DNA of 63,445 nucleotides, the filler included, from Rhabdomonas costata (Eukaryota), in the NCBI GenBank assembly GCA_019059605.1. It is 56 parts of 56 records of this genome, joined end to end, with 100 filler letters (N's around TTAATTAATTAA, not from the genome) between each part and the next. Parts side by side here need not be neighbours in the genome. Positions count along the whole stretch, not along the records: positions 60,144 to 61,177 come from JAHMHO010032294.1; positions 61,278 to 62,311 come from JAHMHO010032295.1; positions 62,412 to 63,445 come from JAHMHO010032296.1; 53 more parts are not named here. One strand, given 5' to 3'. The position numbers and the translations under genes were made by a program. The notes beneath the pieces were generated by a model that saw only the letters and a program-made list of their open reading frames with translations, did not search any database and was not told the DNA's origin. Positions within the stretch are counted from its first letter, which is position 1. Every line of letters starts with the position of its first letter. Shown piece by piece: positions 60,601-63,445 of this stretch.

Positions 60601-62411
60601 TTTTTCTCAGCCGCCTTTTTTTTACCACGCTCATTTATTGCCTTCAAACAGGAAAACAGCGAGAGAGCAGCTTGAGAGAAAGCACTTGACCTCATTATAT
60701 ATTCTGAAGGTTCTGCTTTCCCAAATGGGCAGCTCGGTGCCTTCTGGACTCTCTCGGGAGTCAGACTACCCGGAAGCCACCCCAACTCGAACGACCTGCT
60801 CCGACCCGCAGCCGGAGGTCAGCCATGTCACTGCCAGCAAGCGCGACCAAGACCAGGCACCCCCTTCTTCCCACCTGGGGTTTTCTCGAAGATTTGCGTG
60901 ATTGTCCTTGGGTTTGCCCGTTTCGATTTTCAATGTGCAGTATGTATTGGCCCGCAGACAAAACTCACCCTTCTCTTTGGATGGGCCCGACCTCTGCTTA
61001 CTGCTGGCTAACACTCTACCCATAAGTCCGAAAATGCCTGGTTTACAGTGCACTTTTTTTTGGGGGGGGTTGTCTTTTTGATGTGACGTGGACAAACATG
61101 TGCAACAATATGCGGTTCACCGCACAAAAATCGCTGCTGACGCACAAATGGTGCACGTTTTGTCCTTCAAAAACCCCNNNNNNNNNNNNNNNNNNNNNNN
61201 NNNNNNNNNNNNNNNNNNNNNTTAATTAATTAANNNNNNNNNNNNNNNNNNNNNNNNNNNNNNNNNNNNNNNNNNNNGGGGTTGGGGTTACCAGGATACA
61301 CCTTCCTCTGAGAGGGTTAGACTGATTTGCTCCAACAGGATGGGAGAAAATCAGTCTAACCCTCTCAGAGGAAGGTGTATCCTGGTAACTCCAGCACAAC
61401 AATACGCAAAACAAAACAAAACAAAAATGCACAGAACAGGTACAGCAACGAACGGCAGGGTCGGGTGAGAACTGGATGTCCTCCCTGCTGAGCGTCGAAA
61501 GAAGTTTCGAGAAAGTGAAGATCGAGGCACCGGCGGAGGTCTAGAGGATGCCGCCGGGTCAAGGTGCACACATACAACGACCAAAAAACGTATATACCTT
61601 TCGCCTTTGCTTCCGAAAGCCCAGCGGAAAACAGGAAGCGAAACCGAAAAATGACAATCCCTTGAGAGAAGTCTCGTGTTGTGGGTGAGCTTCAAAGAGA
61701 GCGGAAGGAAGGACGACGGAGAAGCATATACAGTTGCAGAGGAGCAGAGCGCAACGGAGCAGTGAAGTTCTCGGCAACTTCCGCCAGCTTTCCTTCTTTG
61801 TGTGTGGCAGCGAGCCTCCGCGAAAAAAGGTCGTGTACGAAGAAGGCAAGGAAATACTCACAAATGTGCAGGTGGATGTACAGACGAGTACACCCCATTC
61901 GGCACCACGTCCGGCACTACAGTACACAAAAGATTCGCCAGCCTCAATCACTCAGTAAAAAAAAAAGAGAGACTCGTAAACAGGCAAAGGGACACAAAAC
62001 AAAACAGTGTGCACACACAAACGAAAGTAACAACGTTTCGCCACGAGCAACCGCGAAGTGCACAGCAGAAGTTCCACTGAAGGGTGCTCTGCCGCATCTC
62101 CCTTCTCTCTCTCCTTCTCCATCCCACTCTCGCTCGCGAAGCAAAACCGCTCTACCCTTCCACTCTACCCTGCCCCTGCCCCCGAACAAGTATTGCCGCT
62201 CGAGAGGAAATCCCAGCAACCTCCTATAAAGACTATGGTCAGGGGTGCAGCAGCACTACAACAGCTGATTGCATCTTCGCAAACCTTGCTCACGCGCGTA
62301 GAAACACCAACNNNNNNNNNNNNNNNNNNNNNNNNNNNNNNNNNNNNNNNNNNNNTTAATTAATTAANNNNNNNNNNNNNNNNNNNNNNNNNNNNNNNNN
62401 NNNNNNNNNNN

Positions 62412-62437
62412 GTGGTGGGTGTGTTTGGTTGGGTGGT
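62412..62437 (+). other. Amplification-primer remnant (G/T-only tail)
   Basis: gtggtgggtgtgtttgg at the contig start. Reverse-complement forms (ccaaacacaccc, cacacccaacac) occur at the contig ends near 35065-35085, 44138-44164 and 49824-49835. Confidence 0.8.
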
Positions 62438-63445
62438 GATGGAAATTAGGTGTTAATGCAGAGATGCCTCTGACAAGTTGTGTTTTTCTTATGATAACTC
62501 TCCACAACCGCGGTTTAACGCGTCATTGAGATTGAGTGGAGGTGGCCATCCCCTTCCCTACAGAGCGGGCCTCCTTGTGGACGCTTCGGCTCGCCGTGCA
62601 GCGCCTGGAGCCCCTGCTCTCCGCCCGGGAGAGCCCGACCCATTCCGCCGCCGCTGCCATGGATGCCCAGGAGCTCCTGCAAGGCATACCCTTCCTCCAT
62701 CTCACACATATAGGCATACTCCTGAGACCCAAAGTCAGTGGCAGTGAGACCAATTCCAGGGGCACCACTGTGACCGATGGCTCAAGAGATGAGCACCCCG
62801 AAACACTGACAGCACCCCGTACTTTTCAACAATAATGACACTGCTCAACTGGTTCCGGGCACACTTCGGTTATCCGCAACCCGGGACGAGATTTCTGTCA
62901 ACCCCCCCCCTGTACTTCTTCTATCCATAGCCGGAGAATCGCCATTTAAACACTGTATTTTGGCAAGGTGGTTGCGCTCACCCACCATCTTATTCAGGGT
63001 TAGGAGTCGACGCACCCCTCCATTTAGGGATGGTTAGGTGGCTGTACGCGTAGTCATGCATTTCCAACTTGAGACAGAATTATTTTGGACACGCCACAGT
63101 CAGACTGGGTGCAGCCGAAGCCACCGCACCCCAAGCAATGCCGCCCCTCTCACCTCCTTGCGTTTCTCCAATGGTACTGAATAGTGATCACTGCACCCCC
63201 TGAGTGGTGCTCACTATTCAGCTGAATATTGCCGTGAATAGTGTGTAATTCTGAATAGGGAGTGTGTGTGGGGGGGGCGTCTTATACATGTGACGTCATG
63301 TGATGCCGTACACCTGCTAGTCACCTCGTGACAAAAGAGAGCAGAGCAGAAGCACAGCTCCAATCAACGGCTTCGCATCATTCACATCAGCCACCCACCA
63401 TCACAGGCACACATAAACCGGTATAAGTGCATTACAAACACCCCC

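Noticed and set aside
440-63445. Most short ORFs in the six-frame track
   Set aside because: They rely on alternative starts, run through introns or N gaps, or are antisense shadows of GC-rich exons.

Overview
This window is not one locus. It is 56 unlinked contigs of about 1.03 kb, joined by an artificial 100-nt spacer (N run + TTAATTAATTAA + N run), so neighbouring contigs carry no synteny information. Contig ends have G/T-only or A/C-only tails and several fold-back inversions, consistent with whole-genome amplification using G/T-only primers. Perfect 127-nt and 77-nt overlaps look like de Bruijn k-mer overlaps. The DNA comes from an intron-rich flagellated eukaryote using the standard code with TTAGGG repeats. 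A euglenozoan, probably a euglenid, is my inference and is not proven. Recognisable exons: WDR35/IFT121, a UBR-box zinc finger, an actin-like protein, OsmC, a centrin, an ABCG transporter, a KP-43/Tag-type subtilase, P5CS/ProA, EFL1/Ria1, a WSC plus mucin-like protein, CAND1, a TTD14-like P-loop protein, a DnaJ and a BRCT protein. Decayed mobile elements include a Ty3/Gypsy gag, CRE-clade non-LTR RTs, a Penelope-like RT, a Merlin/IS1595-type transposase and MITE-like inverted repeats. The most interesting signals are: (i) a 906-bp self-overlapping unit whose four exons can splice head-to-tail in frame into exactly one BRCT domain, suggesting a recently amplified poly-BRCT gene; (ii) a six-cysteine extracellular module on a single exon, found on two contigs and once next to an LRR exon; (iii) a bacterial-type OsmC behind a spliceosomal acceptor; (iv) recurrent GC splice donors and A-rich acceptors. 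I found no CRISPR array, rRNA or tRNA, and no complete multi-gene system can be assessed on 1-kb fragments.
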